A stretch of DNA of 64,000 bases from Octopus sinensis (Eukaryota), in the NCBI RefSeq assembly GCF_006345805.1, contig NC_043000.1, positions 60,016,001-60,080,000 on the forward strand. The letters run 5' to 3'. The notes under the pieces were generated by a model. That model ran no database searches. It was given only the letters and a program-made list of their open reading frames with translations, and was not told the origin of the DNA. A program made the translations under genes and the position numbers. Below, in pieces: positions 24,575 through 37,610 of the stretch (its first letter is position 1; every line of letters begins with the position of its first letter).

Positions 24575-24765
24575 TCCTTGTAAGCCCTAACTGAGCTGAC
24601 CTATGGGCAAAGATACTCCAGCTGTGACCTATCTTTCTTTCAGATATTATGTAACTTAGATGCATTAACTAAAGTCTCTCCCCGCCCTTTTCAAGGTGGT
24701 TGGGTATAATCTAAGGAATATTTGAAGGCTAATTTTAGCAAGTAAATGGCCACAAAGAGACGCCC
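24575..24765 (-). mobile_element. Interspersed repeat family C
   Basis: tgagctgacctatgggcaaagatactccagctgtgacc...gctaattttagcaagtaaatggccac. Confidence 0.6.
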
Positions 24766-24999
24766 TTCTTAGATTGAAGGAGTAACGTATAATTATTGTG
24801 TTTCATTACTTTGTATTGTTGAACACAAACCTATCATCATAGGTTTGCACTGAGCCAGTGTGAAATATTGACTAACATCCTAACCAGAGAAGTGATATGT
24901 TTATAATTGCCTAACACTTTGGAAACTGGGATAAACTGCAGCATGCCATTACTCGATGGGAATAATCAGAGAATGAAACTCATCATCATCATCATCATT

Positions 25000-25560
25000 G
25001 TTTAACGTCCACCTTTTCTCTCTTTCTCATCCCTCCCTAATTCTTCAATCCTTCTGCCCCCACCTCTCTCCTCTCCTTCCACATGACCAGTGTTCAGCCA
25101 AGCCTGACCTTTCTTTCTTGGTTTGACAACCATCCATGTAGCATCTTTTTTATTCCTTCCCATGACTTTCATCCCTTATGTTCCTGCTGTAAGGCTTCAC
25201 TTCCACACATGCCAGTTTAATTTAATTTGTCCTTAGCTGAAACACACCGATTGTTATTGTCCTATTAATTGTATTTGTAATTGTGTACCATTTCTCTGTT
25301 TTTTTATCCTTGTTTTCATATACATTTGCTTGCTTGCTTTCTTCCAAAGAATCTAGTGCTTTTAGCTTAGATTTTCTTGGGGCCAGCCAGATTGTAACTG
25401 GCCCAAACTGCAATGACAATTTGGAACTTGACTGAAGAAAGAAAGCTCTGAATGACCCGTCCTTGTTTTTTCTTGTCCTTTTTTGTATCGTCTAACTGTC
25501 TGGATGTTTTGTTGTCACTGGTTATCTTCTTGTTCCATTTTTTTGTTTATATATGTGTGT
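25000..25560 (+). mobile_element. Pyrimidine-rich repeat remnant, possibly an older Penelope-like 3' end
   Basis: Strong C/T bias; ends gactgaagaaagaaagctctgaatgacccgtccttgtttttt...; class inferred only. Confidence 0.3.
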
Positions 25561-26528
25561 ATGTGTGTGTGTAAATATTTAATTAGAATTCTAAAATATA
25601 ATAACCAGTTGAATTGTATTTTCAGAAAGTTAATAATGATTACAAAGAATATCTAAAAAAAATAATAATAAACAGAGCAAGTGAACATCAATTGAACTTT
25701 GTATCAATGGTTACATTGAAGATTTTGAAATAGTTACAGAATAAAATGAAGATTCATATCCTCATGTATAAACCCATAATGTGATACATTCAATTCATAC
25801 AAAGTTGCCTATGTAATACTGGAAACCTGTATATATAGAGTTAATAATACAAACTCATTCTACATAATCCAAAACTAATCTTACTCATCTTGCATGCTAA
25901 TTTTATCTTAGCCAAATCCAGCTGAAGTAGATTTATGGAAAGTTTTTAAAATTGATCTGGATTTTTACTTACAAGTGGTTTTCTTCCATGAAATCCTTCT
26001 TTATCGATTCTTTATCATAGGAGAAATAATGTAAAGTACTTGAATCTCAAATTATATGATATGAATAATGAGATCTGTAGTAATATCTAATGATAAACTA
26101 GAGATTCTTCATTTAAAGAACAAGATGATGAAGTTATGATCTCCCAATTTGAAGAATTAAAACTGAATATACACCAAGAATGTACTACCAGACTAAAGTA
26201 ACAACTATAAAAGAAAATTATTTATATAATCCTATACATATGATTGAAAAAAAGTTGCATAATCAAGTACCTGTACACCTGGAGAACTATGTTGCATGGA
26301 GACAACTGTAGAGATTAAAAAATAAATGTCCAACCATACCCCTTCTTGTTGACTCCAATTTTTTCAATTATCTATTCACACATGACAGTTGCCCAAATGC
26401 AAACCTGAAAGTACATATAATACTACCACTGGATAGCACAGGGTAAATCTGAAGGTGGACGAGCTTTATACTGTACTCTACTATGTTCTTAACAGAATAT
26501 ACCATGACTATATATTAATTGAAGTGTA

Positions 26529-27070
26529 CAGTATTATATATCCAATATAGCTGATCTGACCAATCAGTTTCACACACGGAGTTCAACAGAGTGTTAGGTA
26601 ACAGTCTGATTATGTAACCCTACACACATCAGAGGTAGCCATTATGGAATGAAATATGGCAACCACCCTCTATTGTTGGAGGTGCATAGACACATCCAGT
26701 TTGTGGTTGCTTTGAAAAAGATGATGAAATGAATTAAGCAGGAGGTTGAGCTAAAAGCTATGTCCCTTGATATCAAAACATTGTCTCGAGGGGTGGTTTT
26801 GTTGCAAGTCAGCAAGAGTTTTTTTGGAAAATGTTTTTGTGAGAATTGTGTGTGTCTTTAAGGTTGGTGTTCTTGTGGAAATGGAATGTGTGTAGTGGTA
26901 CTATATGTACCACTACACATAGTTTCCACTACACAGTTTCCGTATTTCATTCCATAACGGCTACCTTTCATGAGTAGAGGGTTACATAATCGGATTGTTA
27001 CCTCACACTTCATTGAAACCCTGGTGTGAAACCGATTGGTATAATCAGGTGTAATGGATATATAATACTG
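26529..27070. mobile_element. Tc1/mariner-type MITE with about 140-bp terminal inverted repeats and TA TSD
   Basis: TA|CAGTATTATATATCCA ... TGGATATATAATACTG|TA; 26529-26670 aligns with the reverse complement of about 26930-27070. Confidence 0.8.
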
Positions 27071-27204
27071 TATATATAATGGAGATATAATACTTTAATA
27101 TATCCACTCTACTGACAGATATACAAGTGCATTTTTTCCTGACTTACAGACTCTTAGATGTGTGTGTGTGTGGTGTGTGTGTGTGTGTGTGTGTGTGTGT
27201 TCTT

Positions 27205-27392
27205 CATGCTGGTGCCATGTTAAAAGTATCCAGTACACTCAATGAAATGGCTGGTTGTTAGGAAGGGCATCAAGCCATAGAAGCCATGCCAGAACAGACT
27301 ATGGAGCTTGGTGCAGCCCCTAGTCTTATCAACTCCAGTCAAACCATCCAACCCATGCCAGCATGAAAAAGGGACATTAAAAGATGATGATA
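27205..27392 (+). mobile_element. RTE-type 3' tail following (TG)n
   Basis: ttaggaagggcatcaagccatagaa...ccatccaacccatgccagcatgaaaaagggacattaaaagatgatga. Confidence 0.8.
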
Positions 27393-27869
27393 CATCACAT
27401 ACACATACCATAAAATACAATTCTCTTAAGGGTTGGTTGGTTGGTTGGTTGGTTGTTTAGTTGGGTGAGATGGTTTACACCTTGCACTTGCAAAATGTTT
27501 TTAATATGTGTTCTGACACAAAACAAAAGCAGAACTTCATATTTACTCAACAAAGTCTAACTACAGCTAAAGGAAAAACTTTTTTGGGAATTAGCAGATG
27601 TTATAGCTGGCTGTGGCCCAAGAAAATTTAAAGACCCAGTATTTAGTAATGATAAGAACAGGACACAAATTCTGGTGAAGAGATTTAGTTGATTAAATTA
27701 ACCTAAGTACTTATGTTATTGACCCTAGAGGCTTCAAAAGTGTAGTCACCTTTGGTGGAATTTGAACTCATTGTGTAACAAAATACTAAGTACATATAAT
27801 ACTGTAACTAAATGTATGCATAATTAGAATGTATGCATAATTAGAAATATGGAATTTGCAGATGTGACT

Positions 27870-28026
27870 ATAGGCACAAGTATTGTTTCCTAATCACATG
27901 GTTCCAGGTTCAGTCCCTTTGTGTGACACCTTATATAGGTATCTTTTACTATAGCCATGGGCCAGCCAAGCCATATGAGTGGATTTGGTAGGCAGAAACT
28001 GAAAGAATCCCATCACATATGTATTT

Positions 28027-28100
<74 letters not shown>

Positions 28101-28335
28101 CATGTATGTATGCATGTATGTATGTATATATATATGTCTGTGTGTGTGCCTTTGTCCTACCACCATCACTTGACAATCAGTGTTGATGCATTTATATCCT
28201 CCTAACTTAGCAGAGCAATACAATAAATACCAGACTTTAAAAAATGTAAGTACTAGGATTGATTCATTCGATTAAAATTCTTCAAAGTGGTGCCCCAGCA
28301 TGACAACAGTCTAATGACTGAAACAAGTAAAAGGT
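27870..28335 (+). mobile_element. Full-length family A SINE with internal (TG)n/(TATG)n expansion
   Basis: Head catggttccaggttcagtccc; body gagtggatttggtaggcagaaactgaaaga; microsatellite 28028-28140; tail tggtgccccagcatgacaacagtctaatgactgaaacaagtaaaag. Confidence 0.85.
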
Positions 28336-28789
28336 AAGTGGTAAAAAGGTGCTTTGCTGATTCCAGTAGAAGCAACAGTAGTAGGAGGAAGTTTCAAAGT
28401 GACCCCCTTTTGTTTACTGGTAACATTTTAACCAGAACCTTTAACTAAAAATTCCACCATTGCCTCCACCACCAATATCCACTTCCATTTCTATAAAGAG
28501 TAGTCCTACGGGACTTTATTCACTGGCCAATCCCCTTTTGTCCTTATATGTGGCTAACATCATTAAATCTAATATTGCATCCAGTTAGATCAACATTAAC
28601 TTGTAAAATGTATGTCATTTGCAAAGCTTCTTAAACACAATAAAGATATTTAGTTAATTTTTGCAATTCCAAGGAGTGACCAGTTGTATATTTGGACTTC
28701 ACAAAGCATATCCAATTAAAATTAATCTCCCTGAAAGCAAAATGCTATCAGATGAGAAGGTCTGTGCTCTTGTGTTACACATACATTAT

Positions 28790-28910
28790 TTATTCAGACT
28801 GGATATAGATAAGATATGGAAAAGTACTGTTCATCATTTCCTGTATATGGGTGACCTCACTTTGTATGCTGTATATGACAAACAACTGGAAACCCTGATA
28901 TATATGTATA
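28790..28910 (+). mobile_element. R4/Dong-like LINE reverse-transcriptase fragment (YMDD region)
   Basis: Translation TVHHFLYMGDLTLYAVYDKQLETLI resembles INHLLYMDDLKLYAK.E.QL.SLI. Confidence 0.5.
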
Positions 28911-29734
28911 GACAATAAGAAAATGAAGGAAAAATAACAATAAGAAGGGTGTCTTTTGTGCTAGGAAGCCATTATTTAATTAGTTAAGAAAGGTGAGAGT
29001 GAGTTTACAATCGTTTCTATGTACCATGGTGAGGAAAATATATTTTTGCCTCATTGCAAATGGTAAACATCATCAGAACAAAGAAGTCAGAGGTAGAGAA
29101 GAATGAAAAGTAGAGGGATACATCGGAAAAGAAAATTATCAATGCATATATATACAGTGCAGTATGAAAATTTGCATGAAATTTGATTTTGGGAAAATGT
29201 ATAAAGCTCACCCTGAAAAAGGTAAAAATGGATTTTCTAAAACATAGATAAATAAAAGTAAAATACAGTGATGTCACATAAGGTAAAGAAATAGACACAG
29301 GAGTATTAAGACAAATACTAACATACAAAAAATAGTTGGAAAATACTGAACATAATAAAGTACAACACACAAAGAAATGGTTAGGAAGGAATATTAGATT
29401 TTCTGCAAACAATTTGCAGATACAAGTCCTACCAGTTGAACGCTCTGCATATCAGATGCTAACAACTTTATGGTGTCACCAGGAGAGAATGTGCACCATT
29501 TTGGGGCCTACCTCTCAATGACATTATTGCACACCAGCCTCATGCACTGAGATGTGGCCCCACTTGCTAGATCAACTGGTTACCAGGTTTCACTCAATAT
29601 TCTTCTAGCCATTACTCATTTTTAACCACATCAGTGACTTGCCTTCTCTACTATAGCCCAGATAAATTTGTACTTATAACAGGGCTAAATGATGACAATA
29701 AGGTAATACTGTTCAAGTAATAAGTTTTAGTTTA

Positions 29735-29942
29735 TAATATTGGTTTCAATTTTGGCACAAAGCCAGCAATCTGCAAGGAGAAGGCAAGTCAATTACACTA
29801 ACTCCAGTATTCAGCTGGTACTTATTTTAACAACCCCGAAAGAATGAGAGGCAAAGTCGACCACAATAGAATTTGAACTCAGAAAATAAAGATGGATGAA
29901 ATGCTGCTAAGCATTTTGCCTGGTGCAGTAATGATTCTGTTT
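29735..29942 (-). mobile_element. tRNA-derived SINE, family B
   Basis: gctggtacttattttaacaaccccgaaagaatgagaggcaaagtcgaccacaatagaatttgaactcag. Confidence 0.85.
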
Positions 29943-30249
29943 TAGTTTATAATATTCTCAAGCTAAGTGAATTAGTAAGATAGAAAAAAAAACTGAAAAA
30001 TAATGATTGCATTTAAAATACACAACCCAAAAGCAGAAACAGAAAAATCATATTTACATGCTAGATATAGAAGGATACTGTCCTTCAAATCTTAACCTAC
30101 CATTTTGGTAAAGAAAGAATATATTGGACAATGTAACTTCTAATAATAAAAAAAAAGATATGGTCAAAAGTTGAATATCTTTTACTATATCTCTGCTCAA
30201 CTGGAGCTGATCAGGATTAAATAATAAGAACAAAATCTGAAATTTTACA

Positions 30250-31378
30250 CTCTGGGAGCATAGCAAACAGCCATGCTATATGGCAGAGAAATATGGCTTT
30301 GATTGCTGAGGACATGTGTAGACTTGGAAGAAATGAAGCTAGTATGCTCCGCTGGATGTGTAATGTTAGTGTGCATGCATGAAAGAGTTTAAGTGCCCTG
30401 AGAGAAAAGTCGGACATAAGAAGCATCAGATGTGGTGTTCAAGAGAAACAACTGCGCTGATATGGTCAAGTGATGTGTATGGATGAGGACAGCTGTGCGA
30501 AGATATGTCACACTTTAACGGTGGAGGGAACTTGTGGAAGAGGAAGACCAGGCAGACATGGGATAAGGTGGTGAAGCATGACCTTCGCATGTTGGGCCTT
30601 ACAGAGGCAATGACAAGCAACCAAGACCTATGGAGATATGCCGTTCTTGAGAGGACCCAGCAAGCCAAGTGAGATCGCAGTCATGGCCAATGCCAGTGTC
30701 ACATAACTGGCCTGTTTAAAAGCACCCTCCAATCATTGGGTGATATGCCGTGCTTGTGAAGACCTGTTGAACAGAGTGAAATTGATGCCATGGCCGATGT
30801 TGATGCTGGTGTTACATAAAAAGCACTATTTGAGTGTGGCCAATGCCAGTGCTACCTGACTGGCAATCATGCCTGTGGCACATAAAATACACCATTTGAG
30901 CGTGGCCAATGTCAGTGCCACCTAACTGGCATCCATGCTGGTGAAACATAAAAGGCACCACTCGAGCATGGGTGATGGAAGTACCACCTGACTGGCACCA
31001 GTGTCAGTGGCACATAAAAAGCACCATTTGAGTGTAGTCAATGCCAGTGCTGCCTGACTGGCACCCATGCCAGTGGCACATAAAAAGCACCATTCGAGTG
31101 TAGTCAATGCCAGTGCTGCCTGACTGGCACCCATGCCAGTGGCACATAAAAAGCACCATTCAAGCATGGCTGAAGCCAGTGCTGCCTGACTGGCACCCAT
31201 GCTGGTGGAATGTAAAAGGCTCCCACCACACTCCTGTAGAAGTTGGTATTAGGGAGAGCATCCAGCTGTAGAAACCTTGCAAAATCAGACTGGGCCCTTG
31301 TGCAGCCTCCCAGCTTACCAGTTCTCAGTCAAACCATCCAACCCATGCCAGCATGGAAAGCAAATGATGATGATGATT
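30250..31378 (+). mobile_element. 5'-truncated RTE-clade LINE: ORF2 C-terminus (to stop 30670-30672), 3' UTR with 66-bp array, (GAT)n tail
   Basis: Translation TAMLYG.E.W...EDMCRLGRNEASMLRWMCNVSVH...REKSDIRSIRCGVQEKQLR*YGQVMCMDEDSC...VEGTCGRGRP..TWDKVVKHDLRMLGLTEAMTSNQDLWRYAVLERTQQAK*, with stops and frameshifts. Confidence 0.9.
30838..31232 (+). repeat. Tandem array of six 66-bp units in the RTE 3' UTR
   Basis: Unit starts at 31037 and 31103 are 66 bp apart; consensus gtcaatgccagtgctgcctgactggcacccatgccagtggcacataaaaagcaccattcgagtgta. Confidence 0.9.
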
Positions 31379-32639
31379 AAAGTAATTGAGATTGCCAAGA
31401 CTCCAGAATACAGGATAGATTCATTACAGTATTTAGTTTCTGTTTTTTGTCTCTCTCAAAACATTTCTCAGTGGAGCAGACCATGTGGAAATTTCTCAGT
31501 AAATTCTCTGCTAATATATACATCTAGATCAAAGCTTATTTTAATTAATCATATAAAGAGGATGTTTTTAAACAATATTCAACTTTTTCCTTCCTTTAAG
31601 TATAAAGGATGTAAAAACAAAAACAATCAAACCAATATAGTTATTCTGTTATGGCAGTTCTATAAGAAATTTCTAAATGATTGATGAGATTTCTCTGCCT
31701 TTACATTTTATTAACAAACTTGTAGAAAGTGAAAATTCTTTTAAAGCAATCAAAATATTCCCATAAAAGAGTATGTGAATATAGCAGGGACATAATAAGA
31801 GATTATTTAAAATGTGCTTGAAAGGAACTTTAATAAAAGTAGCTCTTGATTTTCTTGGATTTCATATATACTGTGGCTACCAGGATAAGAGATGTAATTG
31901 AAATATCTTCAATCAGAATCAGACAACTGTCTCTACTTTTGGAAATAATAACTCCATTATATATAATAGGTATTGATCAAAATTTCTCTTTAGGACAGCC
32001 AGCAGAAGAGAAAATTTTCATTCTTATTCAGAATTAGAATCAATGAAATTCTACTTATAATATTACAAACAGAGTTACCATTTATATAGTTCTTATTTCT
32101 AGTGTGAAACTAAAGCTTAAAATAGTCTTTAATATATGTTCAGTAACTATATTCTATTTAAGTAAATGAAGATATAGCTTATCATCAAAGAGAACTATGA
32201 ATATTTTGTATCTTGTATATAAGCTACTCAACACTGTTCATTTAGAATTCCTAACGAAATATTTTTAGCATGTCTCATCTATAAGAAAATATTTTAAAAA
32301 GTGCTTCTTTTTAAACTTGGTTTTTAGATGTAAATATTGAAAAAAAATCAAATATTGAATTATAAAATTTTCTTTTAATATGAAATATAAAACTGAACAA
32401 CTTTTGTGAAAGACATTTGAACAGTTATAACATTTTTGTGTATTTGGTCACACATACAATAAAACCACATTTGAAACATTGAATTAAGTTTCTAAACACA
32501 ACCAATAGGCTATATTGAAATAAATGAGACACATCACAGCAAGAGTAGTATATTCTATGATGACCATGGCAGAGAGAGAACTTTAACCAAGATTCATAGT
32601 ACTAAATGAAATTAAAGAAAGTAATAAGAATTTATAGTA

Positions 32640-32820
32640 TTGGTGCAAGGGCACAAATTGGAAGAGCATGAATGTAGCCAATTATTGATCAACTCAACAG
32701 TATGCATAGTACTTTAATTTATTGAGTCCAGAAGGATGGAGGGAAAAAGATAAACTAGCAGGATTTAAATTCAAATATACATGAATGAAACCAAATACAG
32801 CCAAGTATTTACCGCCAAAG
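32640..32820 (-). mobile_element. Family B SINE, decayed
   Basis: agaaggatggagggaaaaagat...ggatttaaattcaaa...aaatacagccaagtattt. Confidence 0.5.
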
Positions 32821-34924
32821 TCCTTCCAATGCATCAACAGTCCTTCTTTTCTAATATTTCAACAGACCATCCTTTCTGCTTCTCCAATAGTAAGAGTGAA
32901 ATTGATGCCATGGCCGATGCTGATGTCACATAAAAAGTTTCCTATTGAAACTGCATCCACAGGAGTTTCAATCTATGAAATAAAACTCCATTCAATTTTA
33001 CAATGCTGCCACTGCTGAATGACAAGTAGTTATGACATCATGTTACTTTTATTTGGCCATCTGAGTGCTAAATATCTTGACCACAGAAATGATGCAGTTA
33101 CAACACCAACAGGATATGAATTAACCCTTTGGCTGGTTATCTGGTATTCAAGAAATAAACCTTAATACTTTGTTGGTTGCAGCCAAATGTTCTTTCTTCA
33201 ATGTGGTGTATTAAAGGCAAGTCATCTTGGCTCAGTCCATTCCTCTACAAGCTGTTGACTTTAGCCAAGTATTGCCAGTATGAGCAATATTGTATTCATT
33301 CATATGTAATACACACTTTTTTTTGCAGTGTTTAGCAACATTTATTATAATTCCTGGACAGAAAGAGATCAAAGACATAATGCAGAATGTGAACACTTAT
33401 TTTTAATCAGTTTTCACATTTAAATAATTTCATTATCAAATATTTTCATTTTGTCAATAAAATAGTACATAGTGATGTTTGGTCATAATATTTACAATAT
33501 TTCAGGAACAGAAATATTTCTATTTTATTTCCAGTAAATATCTACACTTTGATAATGACAGTATCTATGTGTTATCTGTATTGATTATTAATCAATATTT
33601 ATTCAAGCTTTCTTAGCTGAAAATGAGTTCCAGCCAACTGCTGGTGCAACTCTCTCTCTCTCTCTTCCCCACTATCTCTTTCTCTCACTCTCTCTCTCTC
33701 TAACTGTCACATCCTTGATATTCTATTGGGTCAAAAGTAAGGGAGTCAGGAGGATGTATGTGTCTGCTTGGGACTCCATAGGTACCTAAAACAACTATGA
33801 AAGTGAAGTACAACCAATCAGATCATAACTACTTGAGAGTTATGGCCAAGCCATTATTAATTTAACCAACACATTAAATAATTTAAGCAGTATTTTCAAT
33901 AATGAAAGTATAACATTCTGGCCTTCTGTACTGAATGATATGAAAATGGCAATAATTCTATGGGAAGGATGTCTGTGCATAAAATGGCCGCTAACACTTT
34001 TTTGTGCAAAATAGGGGTAGTTTATCCTGTTCAGGCTATATTATTAGCATTTTCCTGCGTTTGAGAATTTAATTATCACTTCTTTAACTTTCTAAGACAT
34101 CTCAATGCTTCTAAAGCAAACTTCGTTTGTTTGTTTACTTTCATTGTATTTTGAATTTAACATGATAATAATCTTAAAATATTCATTACACAAACGATGA
34201 TGATGATGATGATGATCAGCTTCAACAATATGTATTATTTATTTACTTCTTTCATGCCAACCTAAATATGGTAATGCACTCAATAGAGGGAAAATGGTTA
34301 ATAGTTACCACCTGTATTGACCAAACTATCAGATAATGTTATACACCACTAGTCGGTCATAATATGCTCCCAATTCTTTCTTGATTGTGCCCTTTTTTTT
34401 TTCATTCTGGCTCCTTTCCTTTATAGGCTACAAAGAATAAACTCTCTAGCCACATGGAATTGACATCTAAATTACCAAACTACATTTGCAGTCTTGACCT
34501 CCATATTTTGTCAAACCAAGGCGTGTGGTACAATATTTTGTTAGACTTGACAGACAAGCTAACATTTATTCCATCAATGTCAGGTCACTATGATAAATTA
34601 TAATATAGTATCACATTAAAGATTTAGGTAAATCTGTATTATAGTAGACCTTAAGCTACAACTTCAACTTTTGATGTCATTAAAAGTAGTTTAAACACCC
34701 AAATGACTATAGCAAATGCAACATTAGAATTAACTGATGTGATCGAGTGAGTGAAAACTGGCAGATATTTGACATTTAAAGTACGTGTGTATGTACTTTA
34801 TCTTATTTAAGATAAGATAAAGTACATACACACAAAAGCTTATATGAACTTATTAATGTATATAACATGAATCAGGAGTTTATAGAATCAGTCTAATATA
34901 GATAAATAAAAGTCCAATGACATA

Positions 34925-35015
34925 TTTGAACAGTAAAACCATTATTAGATTTGTTCTTCAACATTCTGAGTTCAAATCCCATTGGGGTTGACTTTACCTT
35001 ACAATAATTAGCAGT
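34925..35015 (+). mobile_element. Family B SINE head
   Basis: cattctgagttcaaatcccattggggttgactttacctt. Confidence 0.65.
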
Positions 35016-35324
35016 TCCTTTGGAGGAATTAACGTGTAATAGAAAATTTCTGAGAGAAGAGAAACTGAGCTTTTCAGTAGTTCCATGCAACAGAAAATAA
35101 AGTAAAACACCATCCTTATGAATCTAAAATTTCCAAGACAATTATATTAAATTAACATAATAAAATACATCTAAGTTCAACAGATCATCTTCATAGCAAT
35201 TTCAGACCACATAAAGAAAAATTTAGCAGTAAACTATAATTAAATTCACTCTGACCAAATTTAGAATGTGTCATAATGTTGACTGTTTGATACCCCTACA
35301 CAGTAATGCTAATCTGAAAATAAC

Positions 35325-35428
35325 TTTTTATTAATATAATCACAACTGTTTTTAAATACTTGAACCACAAGCTACAAACAACAGGGCTTTTCTAATTATT
35401 TCCTGGATGATATTAACAATGTTATTTA
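35325..35428 (+). repeat. About 105-bp AT-rich dispersed repeat (copy 1; copy 2 at 43362-43465)
   Basis: tttttattaatataatcacaac...cacaagctacaaac...agggcttttctaattatttcctgg is present at both sites. Confidence 0.85.
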
Positions 35429-35884
35429 TAAGTGTTTTTATGGCTAGTTAAGAAAAGAATCGTGGTTAATGAAATAACAAAAGACTAAAAAAATTCAGAC
35501 AGCTACAAAATTTCCAAATGTTAATTATTTAAAAGACCTCAAAGGAAATCAACAATAAATCATAGCTAAAAACTAATTAGTTCCTATCTCAGCTGATTGG
35601 ATAGGACAGAGTTAATTTGTTTTCAAAATTGATACTCTCTAACTATACTTGGATACTATAATAATGACCAGAAATCTAATAGTTAAATAAATAAAGACTT
35701 AGAGTAAATGGATTTTGTGTTTAGATTTCACAGTAAAATTTAGTTCTTTGATAGTTATTTAATTCTTGCATACTCAACAACCAGTTGGTTATTATGCATA
35801 TCAAAATCTAATTTGTGGTAGTACAACATGAGGTCTAAGATGCGGAATATTTTGTGCATAATAAATGCATAAAAGCCTAGAATT

Positions 35885-36062
35885 TATAAACTGCTATTGT
35901 TTAATCCCAGGACAAGGCTTGATAAAGTTGGCCCATGATCAAATGCATTCCAGCTAGTGCTAAGTCATCTTTTTGTATAATAGATACTAACATTTTTAAT
36001 GTATCTTTGTTTACTTAAGATGGTTGGGTGTAATTAGAATGAGATTTAGCTATATCTTTTTC
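35885..36062 (-). mobile_element. Interspersed repeat family C
   Basis: ttgtttaatcccaggacaaggcttg...catgatcaaatgcattccagc...gagatttagctatatc. Confidence 0.6.
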
Positions 36063-37610
36063 AAGCCTTTCTCAAGAACTTCAGTTATATAATTTAAAAC
36101 CAAGAATGGAGACTGTCACATGATTAGTTCATTCAAGGAGTAACATTGATAAAAAGGAAATTATTAAATTAAGTACAAACAATTTGCGAAAATGCTGGAG
36201 AGCAAATAAATTAAATACAACACAAAATGAAATACCAAGATAAAATACTTTAGCAATCCCTAATGCCAGATTTTTGAGATTTTAATATCCCTGATATTGT
36301 TTTGTTATTTTTATTTATATTCTTCCAGGTAGGCATGATGATAATATTAGAAGGTCATGGGCTAGAGTTAGTTACAGGATCTTACTCTATTGCTCGCAAA
36401 GAGACAAAAGGCAAAACATTATTCTCGGTGGAATATGAACTCAGGACAGGGTAGTAATGAAAGGGATACAGTAAAGCTTCCAAATCTATGCTTTTGTAAC
36501 TCGACCAACTCCACATCATTTGAAGTATAAATTACATTCATAACACTGATGCTCAAAAATAATTTTCCAGAATATGCTTTTGTAGGTTCAAAAATCATAT
36601 GAAATTAATGAGATTTATTATACATGAGTAATTAAGAGAATAAAAAAAAAGACATTTAAAACTTTTTTTTTTTTGCTAAATAAGCACAATAGTAAATTAG
36701 GTAATTGTGTTTAACACACAAATTGATTGAAAGTTATGCTTTACATAAGTCTGAATTATGTTAATTGCAATTTAGATAATTATTTTTATGATATATCATG
36801 AAAACTTGAGGAGTACAAATGCTTCCTATTGTGATAAAAACTCAGTTTCATCAAATGCTGGTTTTAAAACAAATACTAAAATGACAAAATATGTTCAATA
36901 TACATTAAAAGAATAACAGCTTACTACAACTAGACATTATATTTTCAACTTTGATTTGCTTAGATTGTACCTATAAAAGTCTTTTCATTATTTTCATAAA
37001 TCAGATTTAATAACTTGTATATAAAAATAAATTCCATCATGTTATTAAAGCCAGAAAATATTTACATAAATTTATTCTTTTACTTGTTTCAGTCATTTGA
37101 TTGTTGCCATTCTGAAGTGCCACCTTGAAATTATTTACATTTTAAAGTTTATCAATAAAATTAGTAGGTTACTTGAAAATAAATTTATAGATAACCCCTA
37201 ACTATATTAACAACAATGATTTCTAAAAGGTACATAAGACCACATATTTTGACATATTTAGTTGGTTTTATCTTTCATCTGTTAGCAGTTGCTAAAATAT
37301 GGAACAATCCAATGCTTTGTTGAAGTATAAAATTTTCTGTCTATTTCAACTTTAAAAATAAGTGCATCCAGGAACCAGTTGATGTTAACCCTTGGTCTAC
37401 CAGAGAAAATATATGTCACTAATTACCTACTGGGTCCAATGGACCCAATATTTTTCCTTTAATTGAATTATATTCAAACTACCACTATTTCTTAGCTACA
37501 TTATATATGGCATCAGATGAATGAAGAATTACTGTTTCTCACAAATTTTAATAAAATAAATACAGCTTACAGAATATATTATAAACTTTAAAAATTCCCA
37601 AAATACAGAA

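Noticed and set aside
25420-25470. Possible second hammerhead (CTGAAGA...GAAT GACCCGTC)
   Set aside because: GAAA is not intact, stem II is poor, and no stem I partner exists.
27949-28223. ORFs with THTH/CVCV runs (also 22526-22823, 44228-44416, 45113-45451, 47361-47655)
   Set aside because: Translations of (CA)n, (TG)n and (TA)n microsatellites.
30838-31232. 66-bp repeat array as a CRISPR array or as the 22-aa repeat protein of ORF 30922..31200
   Set aside because: Units are contiguous tandem repeats with no unique spacers, the context is eukaryotic, and the array sits in an RTE 3' UTR. The ORF is a by-product of a unit length divisible by 3.
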